The translations under genes were made by a program, and so were the position numbers. The notes below the pieces were generated by a model, which was not told the origin of the DNA, ran no database searches, and saw only the letters and a program-made list of their open reading frames with translations. A stretch of DNA of 64,000 nucleotides from an uncultured Eubacteriales bacterium (GTDB lineage Bacteria; Actinomycetota; Coriobacteriia; Anaerosomatales; PHET01), in NCBI GenBank assembly GCA_964403885.1, contig CAYOHY010000007.1, positions 5,635 to 69,634 on the forward strand, written 5' to 3'. This document shows positions 1 through 9,663 of this stretch, piece after piece. The first letter of the stretch is position 1; every line of letters starts with the position of its first letter.

Positions 1-119
1 CTCACGCGGTCGGTGACCTCACAGATCTCGAGATCGGGATCGACCGGCGCGCTCACGCGCTTGAGCTGGCCCTTGGATTCGAGCAGCGAGATGAACTCGC
101 GAAGGTCCTTGATCGCCAT
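1..119 (-). CDS. UbiD-family decarboxylase, N-terminal fragment (gene runs off the window start)
   Basis: Own reverse-strand translation from ATG at 119..117 gives [39 protein letters not shown], the conserved UbiD N-terminus pattern (DLRxFIxxLExxGxLxR..VDPxLEI.E..DR). AAGGAG lies 7 nt upstream. The gene is truncated, so it is absent from the ORF track. Confidence 0.7.
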   Translation of the reverse strand, partial: MAIKDLREFISLLESKGQLKRVSAPVDPDLEICEVTDRV

Positions 120-126
120 GGGATGG

Positions 127-1800
127 CTACTCCTTGGATCTCGGTACGCGGACGTTGGGATGATACCGCCCCACCAAGTAGGTGACGAGCGGGGCCAGAA
201 GCGCGGCGAAGCCCACCGCGGTGACTTGAACGAGGTCGAGGTCGTACTTGAAGGCCCACTTGAGATCAGGAAGATCCCAGGTGGGCGTGATGCCCCATGC
301 CCAGATGAACCAGCCTACCTGCACGGCGAACGTGGCGATGACGGCGAGCGCCACGGTCGGACCCAGTGTGAGCCACCCGGCGAGGAACGCGCCTCGCGGA
401 CCCTTGGGATGATCGCGCAGCAGCGGATAGACCATGCCCGCGATCGCGGCGCCCACCAACAAGGCGACAGCCGCCTCGACGATCCGCATATTCATCCATT
501 GCCCGATGAGATCTTCGGAGTTGAACGCGGAGAGCGACCACCGGTAGCCGTGCACAAGGAAGAACAGCCCGTTGTAGACCGCGTAGTAGCCAACGACGCC
601 GGCGAACGCGGCACCGGCCGCGGGCCTTGAGACGAGCAGTATCGCGGCGGCTACCACGAACGCCGCGAACATGAATGCGAGACCGTAGGTGAGTCGCTGG
701 CCGCGGTCGTAGTCGAGACGCGTCTTACGGGCCTCGGTCACGCCCCCCGTGCCGGTGTCCGTGGGCCGCGCGAGTTCCACTCCCGGTGCCGGGTTGATCA
801 CGATGTCGATGTAGGCCGATTCGAACGCCGCCAACTCGTCGTCGTTGGCCTGCACGCCATTGGCCGGCGGCGTGCCGATGACAGAGAGCGGCGGCGCGGT
901 CGAGAAGCGCGGCGACGCGATCCCCGCGAAGAGCGCGACTGTGGACGCAACCTGCTCCGAGCGTCCGTCGCCCGCACCCACTCGAACGCCTTGGCCCGCG
1001 ACCACGCAGGGTACGCCGACGACCTCGGGCTCCCAGCCGCCGTGACCGCCGTGATCGATATGCCCGTGATCGGCGGTGATCAGAAACGTCGTGGAGCCAT
1101 CCTGAAGTCCGTTGACCAGCCGACCGAGGTCGCCGTCCACCCGAGCGACCGTATCCGCATATGCGGCGGATCCGCCCCCGTTGGAGTGACCCGCCTCATC
1201 GACGTCGGGCAGGTGCACGATGATCAGCCGGGGGTGACGCTCGCGAGCCATCCTGAGCGCGGCATCGATGTACTCACCCGACAGGTACTGCTCGTCCCAC
1301 TTCTTCATGAACGTCGCGGTGGTCTTGCTCTTGACCCCGTAGAGCTGCTCGAAGTCCTCAGGGCCCGAGAAGACCGTGCTCACCCCGGCGCGCCGGGCGG
1401 TGTCGAACAACGTCTCGACCGGCGCCGCACCCTCATGCCAATTGGTCACGACGCCGCTCACGGAAGGCGGAGCGCCGGACAGCAGCGTCGTCCAGTTGGG
1501 ATAGCTCAGCGAAGGTTGGGGTGCTGTGAGCTTCAGATCCGCACCGTACGACCGGAGGCTCTCAAGGGTCTTCATATCACGCGACGCGTCATACCGGAGG
1601 CCGTCGACTATGACCACGACCGTTCGCGAGGCAACTGCGCTCCCCCCACGAGCGGCAGGCAGCTCGGCCTGCACGTAGGGCGACCGGTAGCTCACCACGT
1701 TGTCCCACGAGACACCTGCGAGACGATACGCGGCCACGGCAGCCGCGGCACAGACACACAGCACGAGCACCAACGTCACCCAGCGAACCGCTCCGCGCAT
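127..1800 (-). CDS. Membrane-anchored alkaline-phosphatase-superfamily enzyme (type I phosphodiesterase/nucleotide pyrophosphatase-like) with C-terminal multi-TM domain
   Basis: ORF 127..1887. Metal-site-like motifs [31 protein letters not shown] and [15 protein letters not shown]. One N-terminal and about 6 C-terminal hydrophobic helices. Start moved to ATG 1800 (MRGAVRW...), 8 nt after the HAD stop; a start at 1887 would overlap HAD by 80 nt. Confidence 0.75.
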   Translation of the reverse strand: MRGAVRWVTLVLVLCVCAAAAVAAYRLAGVSWDNVVSYRSPYVQAELPAARGGSAVASRTVVVIVDGLRYDASRDMKTLESLRSYGADLKLTAPQPSLSYPNWTTLLSGAPPSVSGVVTNWHEGAAPVETLFDTARRAGVSTVFSGPEDFEQLYGVKSKTTATFMKKWDEQYLSGEYIDAALRMARERHPRLIIVHLPDVDEAGHSNGGGSAAYADTVARVDGDLGRLVNGLQDGSTTFLITADHGHIDHGGHGGWEPEVVGVPCVVAGQGVRVGAGDGRSEQVASTVALFAGIASPRFSTAPPLSVIGTPPANGVQANDDELAAFESAYIDIVINPAPGVELARPTDTGTGGVTEARKTRLDYDRGQRLTYGLAFMFAAFVVAAAILLVSRPAAGAAFAGVVGYYAVYNGLFFLVHGYRWSLSAFNSEDLIGQWMNMRIVEAAVALLVGAAIAGMVYPLLRDHPKGPRGAFLAGWLTLGPTVALAVIATFAVQVGWFIWAWGITPTWDLPDLKWAFKYDLDLVQVTAVGFAALLAPLVTYLVGRYHPNVRVPRSKE

Positions 1801-1807
1801 TGCACAC

Positions 1808-2515
1808 CTACCCGTCGATGCCGAGAACCGCTTCGATGTGATCGAGCGAACGGATGAACCGCTCGTGCCCGGGATGCTCGCCATCATGCCGATCGATCAG
1901 CACCGCGGTCATTCCCACAGACTCAGCCCCGAGCACGTCGGCGTAGTGGTGGTCGCCCACGTGGGCCGACTCGTCGGCGGCCACCCCGACTCGAGCGCAC
2001 GCCAGTTCGAATATCCGAGGGTCCGGCTTGCGAAGCCCCACTTCGGCCGACGAGACCACCACGTCGAGCTTGTCGCACAGATCCAGGCCGAGTATGAGTC
2101 CCGCCAGCCGGGTGTCCCAGTTCGAGATGAGGCCCAGACGGATGCCGCGCTCGGTGAGACGGTCGAACGCTGGTCTCACGTCGTCGTAGGCGCGCCACCG
2201 CTCGGCATGGCCGAACTCATCGTAGACCCTGTGTGCGATGCGCTCGGCGTCGGCATGGATACCCAGCTTGCGACAGAGCAGCGAGTACATGCCCACCCAC
2301 ACGGCCGAGGTCTCCTCCTCGTTCGTCCAGAACGTGTCGTCCTCGCGGTAGCGATCCTCGTAGAACTCGTCCACCAACGGCATGTGCTCGTCGATGGCCG
2401 CGATGTCGTGACAGTGGCCCTCGTCGAGCAGTATCTCGCGCACCACCGCAGACACGCTCGGATAGGGATAGAGCAACGTGTTGCCCACGTCGAAGAAGAC
2501 CGCTCGGAGCGTCAT
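1808..2515 (-). CDS. HAD-superfamily hydrolase
   Basis: N-terminal FFDVGNTLL (DxD-type motif I region), SNWD, and C-terminal HVGDHHYADVLGA motif IV-like. 235 aa. Confidence 0.8.
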   Translation of the reverse strand: MTLRAVFFDVGNTLLYPYPSVSAVVREILLDEGHCHDIAAIDEHMPLVDEFYEDRYREDDTFWTNEEETSAVWVGMYSLLCRKLGIHADAERIAHRVYDEFGHAERWRAYDDVRPAFDRLTERGIRLGLISNWDTRLAGLILGLDLCDKLDVVVSSAEVGLRKPDPRIFELACARVGVAADESAHVGDHHYADVLGAESVGMTAVLIDRHDGEHPGHERFIRSLDHIEAVLGIDG

Positions 2516-2518
2516 CGC

Positions 2519-3094
2519 CTACTCGAGCCAGTCGATGATGTCGGTCTGGCGCTCGATGGGCACGAGTGGCGGATTGTCCGAGTAGCCCATGGCGATCACG
2601 GCCACGACTTGTCTGCCCTCATCGACACCGAAGGCATCGCGCAGCTCATCGCGAACCCACCACGAGAAGGTCACGTTGCACACACTGATGCCCTCATCGG
2701 TGGCCGCAAGCAGCACGTTCTCTATCGCCGCGCCCACCGAGAGCAGGGTGTTGGTGCTCTCGAAGTCATCAGAGATCATCGGTGCTGAGACGCCCACCAC
2801 GATGGGGGCGTCGCCGAGGGTGGAGTACCAGCCCACAAGGAACTCCATGCCCTCGGGGCCGAGAAGCTCAGCGAACTCAGCGAGATGGACCGTCGTCTGC
2901 GCGACCACGGTCCCCACCCTCTCGCGCACCTGGCCGGTGGCCACATGGAAGCGCCACGGCTGAGAGTTACGCGACGAAGGTGCGAGGCTTGCCGCGGACA
3001 GCACCTTGGCGACCTGCTCGCGGGAGGGCGTACCCGGGCCAAAGGTCCTCACCGACCGGCGTCGCTCGAATGCGTCCCACAGCTCCATGGTCAT
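2519..3094 (-). CDS. Nitroreductase-family protein
   Basis: RRSVRTF near the N-terminus, PSSRNSQPW, and a typical nitroreductase length. Start set at ATG 3094, which forms an ATGA overlap with the upstream glycosyltransferase stop (tcat at 3091..3094). Confidence 0.8.
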   Translation of the reverse strand: MTMELWDAFERRRSVRTFGPGTPSREQVAKVLSAASLAPSSRNSQPWRFHVATGQVRERVGTVVAQTTVHLAEFAELLGPEGMEFLVGWYSTLGDAPIVVGVSAPMISDDFESTNTLLSVGAAIENVLLAATDEGISVCNVTFSWWVRDELRDAFGVDEGRQVVAVIAMGYSDNPPLVPIERQTDIIDWLE

Positions 3095-4206
3095 CCTTCC
3101 TCGGCGATCATCGCCCGAACTCGCTCGCACACCTGCTGGCACGCGTTGTGCCGCCCCATCTCTGAAACATTGCCCCTCATCTGAGCGAGCCGCTCGGGGT
3201 GACTGGAAAGGTAGCGGACCTTGTCGATCGCATCCTCGTCATCGCGCGCCACCAAAGCGACGCCCGCGTTGACGAGCTGGTCAGCGTTGAACCTCTCCTG
3301 CCCCGCAATCGGATTATAGATGACCAGAGGCACTCCCAGCGCTAATGCTTCCGCATGGGAGGCCGACCCCATACGGGCACAGACCACATCGGCCGCCTTG
3401 ATCGAGAGTGCTCGCGACGCCGTGTCTCCCACCAGTCTCAGGGGACCGGGCGAACCCACACCCTCGAGACGACGAGCCGCGCGCTCGTCGGCCGAGACGA
3501 CCACCACTTGGATCCCGGCCGCACTCAGACCCAACGCGATCGCCGCGGCGTCGACTTCTCCGGCCGCCGCCGACATCGTGACGGTGAAACGGTCACTGAG
3601 CCCCAGCTCAGCGCGGCACCCGGTCGCCGCATGGGCCTTGGTGGTGCGCTCCGAGACGGGAATGCCCGTGACCATGATGCGGTCCCACGCGACACCGCGC
3701 ACCACCAGCTCCTCACGGACCTCTTTGGTGGGTACGAAGAACAGCCTCACGTCAGGGTGCAGCCAGGTCAGCCGAGGACTCATGTCGGTCAGCACGTGGA
3801 AGACCGGCACCCCCGCCGGCGAGACCTCGGCGCACACCGCGGCCGCAAGCGACGAGGTCGCTATGACCGCGTGAGGACGGACCCTGCCGAGCAGCGCAAC
3901 CGCACGCTCGAGTCCGCTCGACTCGAGCTCCTGCATGACGTTGCCGAACACGCAGACCTGACGGGCTCGCTCCAACGTGCCCGTCAGCGCGGGCAGGAAG
4001 GCCTCGTCATGGCCGTAGGCGATGCGAGCGAGTACCGCGGTGGCGGGCAACACCTCTTCGAAGAAGTCGATCGTCTCGGCATCACAGTGGTCAGCCAAGA
4101 CCGACCGGTGATAGCGGTACAGCGCGTCGCTTACGGAGCGTGACAGTCCGCCAAGCGTGTCGCCCACGATCAGAATACGTCGCTTGTCGGAGCGACGTCG
4201 GGGCAT
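3091..4206 (-). CDS. GT28/MGDG-synthase-like glycosyltransferase (diacylglycerol or lipid-linked sugar transferase family)
   Basis: N-terminal ILIVGDTLGG, and a C-terminal half with GSASHAEALALGVPLVIYNPIAGQERFNADQLV, resembling MurG/MGDG-synthase C-domains. ATG 4206 shares one base with the upstream TGA (TGATG). Confidence 0.75.
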   Translation of the reverse strand: MPRRRSDKRRILIVGDTLGGLSRSVSDALYRYHRSVLADHCDAETIDFFEEVLPATAVLARIAYGHDEAFLPALTGTLERARQVCVFGNVMQELESSGLERAVALLGRVRPHAVIATSSLAAAVCAEVSPAGVPVFHVLTDMSPRLTWLHPDVRLFFVPTKEVREELVVRGVAWDRIMVTGIPVSERTTKAHAATGCRAELGLSDRFTVTMSAAAGEVDAAAIALGLSAAGIQVVVVSADERAARRLEGVGSPGPLRLVGDTASRALSIKAADVVCARMGSASHAEALALGVPLVIYNPIAGQERFNADQLVNAGVALVARDDEDAIDKVRYLSSHPERLAQMRGNVSEMGRHNACQQVCERVRAMIAEEG

Positions 4207-4988
4207 CAACCCACCGCCGCTCGGTGCTTGGTGAGCCGAACCAGCGTGCCGCCCAGCGGCGAGACATCGAACTCCACGTTGTCCATGAGCGCACGCATGA
4301 ACATGACGCCGCGTCCACCGGGGGCATAGAGGTCATCGTTGCCCGCGTGTACCCCGTCGAAGCCCTGACCGGCATCCATGACCTCGAGCACGACCCGGTC
4401 TTCGAACGCGATGACGCCGATACCCACGTGCCCCTCGCCCGTGCCAGGGGATCCATGGCGCACAGCGTTCGCAAGTGCCTCGCCCAGCGCGACCTTGATG
4501 TCGAAGAGCGCGGAGTCAGGAAAGCCGAGCGGTACGATCAGATCGCACACTCGTTCCCGGGTCTCACTCAGGCGGTTCACGTCGGGAGTCATCGTGAGGT
4601 CTTCGCGCCACAGCAACGAGGCGGGCGCAAAGGGCAGCTCGAGACCTTCGAGCGCAGCTGCGACGTTTGCGGACATGCCCACGGACTCAGCGACCGATAC
4701 CAGACCTGAAAGCTCCAGAATGCGCCCCACGTCCTTGGTCGCCCCAGCCAAGACGAGACGGCCGCCCACCGGTTTGAGCATGTGATCGAGCCACACGAGA
4801 AGCCCGAGCGCCGAGCTGTCGGCATAGTCGACACAGCTCAGATCGAGCACCACGTTCCGGGAGCCGGTCTTGAGTGCGGTATCAAGCCGCTCGCGGAGTT
4901 CAGGCACCACCGCGACGTCGATATCACCGGCAAGCCGCACCACGCAGGCACGGGGTCCGACCTCTTGAGAGATCTCGAATTGCGTCAT
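4206..4988 (-). CDS. Single-chain fusion of a STAS anti-sigma-antagonist domain and an RsbW/SpoIIAB-like HATPase serine kinase domain
   Basis: The N-terminal half has the STAS pattern (VVLDLSCVDYADSSALGLLV, with a DSS phospho-serine motif). The C-terminal half has an N-box EALANAVRHG, a G1 box DAGQGFD and a G2 box GGRGVMFMRAL. The start abuts the stop of the upstream PP2C gene. Confidence 0.8.
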   Translation of the reverse strand: MTQFEISQEVGPRACVVRLAGDIDVAVVPELRERLDTALKTGSRNVVLDLSCVDYADSSALGLLVWLDHMLKPVGGRLVLAGATKDVGRILELSGLVSVAESVGMSANVAAALEGLELPFAPASLLWREDLTMTPDVNRLSETRERVCDLIVPLGFPDSALFDIKVALGEALANAVRHGSPGTGEGHVGIGVIAFEDRVVLEVMDAGQGFDGVHAGNDDLYAPGGRGVMFMRALMDNVEFDVSPLGGTLVRLTKHRAAVG

Positions 4989-7900
4989 CTATGTGCCGAA
5001 CCCTTCATGCGGGCCGTCGTGTGTCTTGACGATGGTACCCGCAATCTCGACCACCAGAACCGCCACGTCGTCTTTGAGTCCCACCCTCACAAACGACTGG
5101 ACCGCACGAAGCAGGTCCGCGGGCGCATCGATAGCGCGAATCGACGCGCCGAACACCTGATCCACCCGTTCCTCGCCAAAGAACTCGCCCTCGAACCGAC
5201 CCTCCGTCACGCCGTCGGTATAGAGGAGCACCGCGTCACCTTCACCCAACCGCACGCTCTTCTCCGCATACGCTGCGTCGATCGCGGCGCCGAGCAGCGG
5301 CCCGGTGACCCCCAGGCGCTCGATGGTACCGTCAGCACGGCGCAGTACCGCAGGCGGATGTCCGCCATCGGCCCATGCCAGCTCTCCGGAGTGCGGATCG
5401 AGGCGGCCGAGCCACGACGTGACGATGTCGCTCGCATCTCCCGATTCACCCACGAAACGGTTGAGTTGGGACATAGCCTCAGCGGGCCCCAACCCGGCGG
5501 ACACCAATGCGCGCGCCGAGTACTTGATCATCGACGTCTTGGTCGCCGCCCTGACCCCCTTGCCGCACACATCGGCGATGGTGAACCATATCGCTCCGTC
5601 GGGCGCTCTGAACAGGTCGTAGTAGTCACCGCCGATCTCGGCGTCACCACCTGCAGGCCGATACTCCGCTGCCGCCCTGATCTCGGCGAACTCGGGAAGG
5701 GCCCCCGGAAGGATCGACCTCTGAAGAGTCTGGGCCACGTCGTGCTCTCGGCTGTAGAGACTCGCAGTGTCGATCGCGAGCGCGGCCTGCGTCGCGAAGG
5801 TCTGCAGCATGTTCAGGTCCTCATCGGCGAACGCACCCGGTCGCACCGAGAAGACCATGAGCACGCCGATGGGCCGCCCGCGCGCCATGAGCGGCACTGC
5901 GAGCAGCGAGCGCAAGTCGTGACTTGCCGCAGAGCCCGCGAGCCCGTCCATGCTCGCGTGCAGGTCCCTGACCGATACCGGTTGTCCGGTCTTGAACACG
6001 TGACCGGGCAGGTCCTCACCCGGCTTGACCTCGAGGTAGAGGACCGAGGGCGGCACCGCACCGCGCGCCATCGAGGTCGCAAGCGAGCCCTTGCGTGAAT
6101 CGTGCAGCAGCAACGCGACCGAGTCGGCCGAAAGGATCTTTTGGACGACGTCGAGCACTCGGTTGAGGACGACATTGACCTGCAACGAGGAGCCCACGGC
6201 CTGGCTGATGCGGAAGATCGTCTCAAGGTTCGCGGCGCGCGTCAGGGCACGTTCGTAGAAGAACGCGTTGTCGAGTGCGAGCTCGAGCTCGTCGGCCAAC
6301 GCCGAGGCGATCCGAAGCGACTTGCCGGTGTGGTCCGCCGCGGAGAGGGCGATCATCATCACCGCACCATGATCTGTGTCGAGGCCGACGGGAACCACGA
6401 GTAGCTCCGCAGCATCGAACTCGACCAGCAAACGGTCACCCTCCGGCCCGTCTCCCAGCATGTGAACGACCGGGTTTCCATCGCCTCGGGACAACACCCT
6501 GAGGCCCGCGGCAAGGAACTCGGGGTCGCGGCCGCGAGCCGGATCGTCAGGCAGGCCAAGCGCTGCTCGGTCCACCAGCAGGATGCTTGCGAACGGCGCC
6601 GACAGCACGTCGCGGATGATCCACTCGACGACACCCAGGGCCTTGCCGAGCCCGTCCGGCCGCACCAGCTCCTCCGCGACGGCGCGCAGCGCCTCGGCCA
6701 CCTGCCGAGACGCACTCTCCTCCTCGAACAGGCGTGAGGTCTGCACTGCGACCGCAGCCTGAGCCGAGAATGTGCGCACCATCTCCCGCTCGGCCTCACT
6801 GGCCTCTTGGCCGGCGTCTCGCAAGACGACGACCACGCCGAGCGCCTCATGACCGGCGAGCAACGGGGCCGCCAATGCCGAGGAATGGGAACCCGCAAGC
6901 CCGGGCAGCTCTGCCGAGAACTCAGCGGGTGAGCCGATGAGGTCCACCGGCGAGGACGAGTACAAGGCGCGGGCCAACCAGCCCCCGACGTCGACCTTCA
7001 CCGGCTCCGCGGCCGCGAGATCGATGCCTCGCGTTCGAACCGGCGTCAGCAGTGACCCGTCGCCTTCGACCAGGTAGATCGCCGCCCCGCCGGGTCCGAC
7101 GATGTGCCCCATCGCCGAGAGGATGCCGTCGAGCACCTGGTCGACCTGTGAGGCGCTCGCGAGCAGTTGCGAAAGATCGTGCAGGGCATTGAGGCGCAGC
7201 GCGAGATCGTTGAACGCCTCAGACACTGCGCCGATCTCATCAGCGCGACCCACGGGAAGCGGCTTGACGTAGGAACCGGCCGCCGCGCTGCGCGCAGCAC
7301 CCTCAAGGTCCCGCAGAGGCCGCACGAGACGCTGCGAGACGCCCCAGGCGGCAGCGATGGCGACCACGCCGCCGAAGATCAGCACCATGACGGCGGGCGT
7401 CACCGCGCGCATCGTGTCGCGCATCGCAACTTGCGCCGGCTCGACCACCATGATGCGCCAGTCGATACCGTCAAGGCCCTGGATGTCGTTGTACTGGCCG
7501 CCCAGCGGTGTGCCGTCGACGGAGGGTACGGTCACCCGTCCACTGCCCGCCGTCACCGGCGTCCAGCGTGCGCGTGAGAGCTGCGGTGAACTCGCCCCCG
7601 AATTCGCGATGATGCTGCCGCGATCGAGAACCGCCACCGTCCGGCCGCTCAGCTGCGCTGATACCTCCCTGACGATGCCGCCCAAGAAGCCGGTGTCGAC
7701 CTTTGCCACGAGAATCACCGGGCGGCCCGCCGACGATACGAGGGTTCGGACGAACCACAGGTCCGAGCGACTCTTCGACCCGGTCCCGGCGTGCGCGATG
7801 TATCCCGTGCGCCCATGAGCGATATCGCTGAAGACGGGCTCCGAGGCGATCGATGAGATCGGCGCCGCTCCCGGCATCGATGCGACCACCGAGCCGTCGG

Positions 7901-8231
7901 GCCGAACGAGGTAGGCAGCGTCAAGAGACCCGCGCTTGCGCGCGAGCATCATCGTGAACCGTGAGGTCATCTTCTGCGGTGAGCTCTCTTGCGCCATCTG
8001 GAAGGCAACATCAGCGAGGTAGCCTTCAAGGTCGCGAAGCTCGCTCTCAGTGCGGTCCTCGATGAACTGGACCGCAAGAACGTCACGTCCTTCGGCCTTC
8101 TCAACGGAAAGCCGGGAAGTGGAGACAAGCGCCACCGCTCCCGCAGTGGTCACGGTGATTGCTCCGATGAGGAGCGTCACGCGGACGATGCGGGCGGCGA
8201 GACCCCCTGGTGTGCGCAGTTTCGCAGCCAC
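4989..8231 (-). CDS. Transmembrane sensor phosphatase: extracytoplasmic domain flanked by 2 TM helices, HAMP, multiple GAF domains, C-terminal PP2C (SpoIIE/RsbU-type)
   Basis: TM helices near residues 13-36 and 275-300. HAMP-like region RPLRDLEGAARS...ADEIGAVSEAFNDLALRL. Repeated GAF-like segments. PP2C motifs GGDYYDLF and DVCGKG. GTG start with GGAGA upstream. Confidence 0.85.
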   Translation of the reverse strand: MAAKLRTPGGLAARIVRVTLLIGAITVTTAGAVALVSTSRLSVEKAEGRDVLAVQFIEDRTESELRDLEGYLADVAFQMAQESSPQKMTSRFTMMLARKRGSLDAAYLVRPDGSVVASMPGAAPISSIASEPVFSDIAHGRTGYIAHAGTGSKSRSDLWFVRTLVSSAGRPVILVAKVDTGFLGGIVREVSAQLSGRTVAVLDRGSIIANSGASSPQLSRARWTPVTAGSGRVTVPSVDGTPLGGQYNDIQGLDGIDWRIMVVEPAQVAMRDTMRAVTPAVMVLIFGGVVAIAAAWGVSQRLVRPLRDLEGAARSAAAGSYVKPLPVGRADEIGAVSEAFNDLALRLNALHDLSQLLASASQVDQVLDGILSAMGHIVGPGGAAIYLVEGDGSLLTPVRTRGIDLAAAEPVKVDVGGWLARALYSSSPVDLIGSPAEFSAELPGLAGSHSSALAAPLLAGHEALGVVVVLRDAGQEASEAEREMVRTFSAQAAVAVQTSRLFEEESASRQVAEALRAVAEELVRPDGLGKALGVVEWIIRDVLSAPFASILLVDRAALGLPDDPARGRDPEFLAAGLRVLSRGDGNPVVHMLGDGPEGDRLLVEFDAAELLVVPVGLDTDHGAVMMIALSAADHTGKSLRIASALADELELALDNAFFYERALTRAANLETIFRISQAVGSSLQVNVVLNRVLDVVQKILSADSVALLLHDSRKGSLATSMARGAVPPSVLYLEVKPGEDLPGHVFKTGQPVSVRDLHASMDGLAGSAASHDLRSLLAVPLMARGRPIGVLMVFSVRPGAFADEDLNMLQTFATQAALAIDTASLYSREHDVAQTLQRSILPGALPEFAEIRAAAEYRPAGGDAEIGGDYYDLFRAPDGAIWFTIADVCGKGVRAATKTSMIKYSARALVSAGLGPAEAMSQLNRFVGESGDASDIVTSWLGRLDPHSGELAWADGGHPPAVLRRADGTIERLGVTGPLLGAAIDAAYAEKSVRLGEGDAVLLYTDGVTEGRFEGEFFGEERVDQVFGASIRAIDAPADLLRAVQSFVRVGLKDDVAVLVVEIAGTIVKTHDGPHEGFGT

Positions 8232-8326
8232 CCGTCTCCACCCCGTCGAGGAGCCACGCGTCCCCCGCGTGACCTGCGACTACATCGTACTGCAAGCGCC
8301 TGACACGCGATAGCGAACTGGAAGCA

Positions 8327-9073
8327 TCATCCGGTCAGGCCGGGCAGCGGGACCTCGATCGCGGGCACGAAGTTGAACAGCCACGACGCCAAGACACCCA
8401 ACCGGCCGGTGACGATCAGCACTCCCACCACTATCAGCAGCGAACCGGCGACTCGGTTGATGATCAGCGAGTGCTTGTTGAGCCACCTCATCACCACTCC
8501 CAGGCGCCCGAACAACACCGCCACCAGCACAAAGGGCACCCCGAGACCCAACGAGTAGACGAGAAGAAGCAACGCGCCCTGACCCACCGACTCCGAGGAG
8601 CTTGCGAGGGCCAGGATCGAGGCGAGGATCGGCCCCACGCATGGTGTCCAGCCGGCGGCGAACGCCATTCCCATGACAAGCGCCGCTCCCCTGCCGAAGT
8701 TGCGCGAACGCTCCATGTCCACCCGGGCCTCGCCGTAGAGCCACGGCACTTTGATGATGCCGAGCATCAGCACCCCGAAGCCGATGACCGCTAGCCCTCC
8801 CACCTTCTCGATGATCACGCGGTACTCGGACAGGAACTGACCCAGCACCGAGGCGGTCGCGCCAAGCGACACGAAGATGAACGTGAAGCCGGCGACGAAC
8901 ATGAGTGACGGAACGAGTACCTTGCTCGTGGAGGTCTGCGCGTCTCGCAGCTCAGCGGCGGTCAGGCCTGTCATGAACGAGAGGTATCCCGGAATGAGCG
9001 GGAGGACGCACGGCGACAGAAACGAGACAACACCCGCAGCGAACGCGATCAGAACCGATAGTGCCAGCGGCAT
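8327..9073 (-). CDS. ccdA: CcdA/DsbD-family thiol:disulfide electron-transfer membrane protein
   Basis: Two signature cysteine motifs, LSPCVLPLIPGY and WTPCVGPIL, in a 6-TM protein. Start set at ATG 9073 (MPLALSV...), with GAGGAG 11 nt upstream, rather than the track's GTG at 9085. Confidence 0.85.
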   Translation of the reverse strand: MPLALSVLIAFAAGVVSFLSPCVLPLIPGYLSFMTGLTAAELRDAQTSTSKVLVPSLMFVAGFTFIFVSLGATASVLGQFLSEYRVIIEKVGGLAVIGFGVLMLGIIKVPWLYGEARVDMERSRNFGRGAALVMGMAFAAGWTPCVGPILASILALASSSESVGQGALLLLVYSLGLGVPFVLVAVLFGRLGVVMRWLNKHSLIINRVAGSLLIVVGVLIVTGRLGVLASWLFNFVPAIEVPLPGLTG

Positions 9074-9119
9074 CGAGGCACACACTCCTCAGCGAACAAA
9101 GCGACGGTGGACGCAGAAC

Positions 9120-9148
9120 AGCATACCCTCTGGGGTATCGGTATGCAA
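9120..9148 (-). promoter_or_regulatory. Sigma-70-type promoter with embedded CsoR-type palindromic operator (ccdA)
   Basis: The minus strand reads TTGCAT-accg-ATACCCCAGAGGGTAT-GCT: -35 TTGCAT, a 17-nt spacer and -10 TATGCT. The palindrome ATACCC-N4-GGGTAT fills the spacer. The same 29-bp layout occurs at 16709..16737 and 17750..17778. Confidence 0.55.
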
Positions 9149-9149
9149 C

Positions 9150-9656
9150 TTACTCCGCGACTATGACACCGCACGCTTGGCCTGACACTGAGCTGAGCGG
9201 GTACACGCCTGGCCGAAGTCCGGGCAACCTGATCACGGTGCCGCCCTCCGTCAACCGGAACGACAGTCCCAAGGCCTCGAGTTTGACGTACTCGGTGCAC
9301 CCCTCGCCCTCGGAGAACACGACTTCGACGGGCTCGCCCGCACGTACCGTGATGTGATTGGGCGTGAGGTATCCGCGCGATGCGTCTATGTCGACACGCT
9401 GCTCGCCGCTGACCTGCAGCGCTCGCACGGGCTGAGACAACACCTTCTGCTGAGCGTACACCGTGGTCGCGGGGTCATACAGCGTGCCCGCATAGGCCGC
9501 GGATCGCATCCCCTGACGCGCCGAATCGACAAGCTGGTGCGATGCGGCGAACGAGTAACCGGCCACCACGACGAGCGCGGAAAGTGCCGCAACGGCGAGA
9601 TACGCGGTGGTACCTGGCCTGGCTACGTCGTGGATGGCCGGTCGATTCGCGAACAT
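9150..9656 (-). CDS. Membrane-anchored cupredoxin-like domain protein (Cupredoxin_1-like, two Cys)
   Basis: One N-terminal TM (TAYLAVAALSALVVVAGYSF). The C-terminal ITVRAGEPVEVVFSEGEGCTEYV...GVYPLSSVSGQACGVIVAE resembles the small cupredoxin-like domains found in metal-resistance loci. Start moved to ATG 9656, just after the copZ stop. Confidence 0.6.
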   Translation of the reverse strand: MFANRPAIHDVARPGTTAYLAVAALSALVVVAGYSFAASHQLVDSARQGMRSAAYAGTLYDPATTVYAQQKVLSQPVRALQVSGEQRVDIDASRGYLTPNHITVRAGEPVEVVFSEGEGCTEYVKLEALGLSFRLTEGGTVIRLPGLRPGVYPLSSVSGQACGVIVAE

Positions 9657-9663
9657 CAGTGCG

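Noticed and set aside
3137-3152. Plus-strand TGGCACGCGTTGTGCC, resembling a sigma-54 promoter.
   Set aside because: It lies inside the glycosyltransferase/nitroreductase coding overlap. It points toward no plus-strand gene. Its -12 element is GTGC rather than TTGC.
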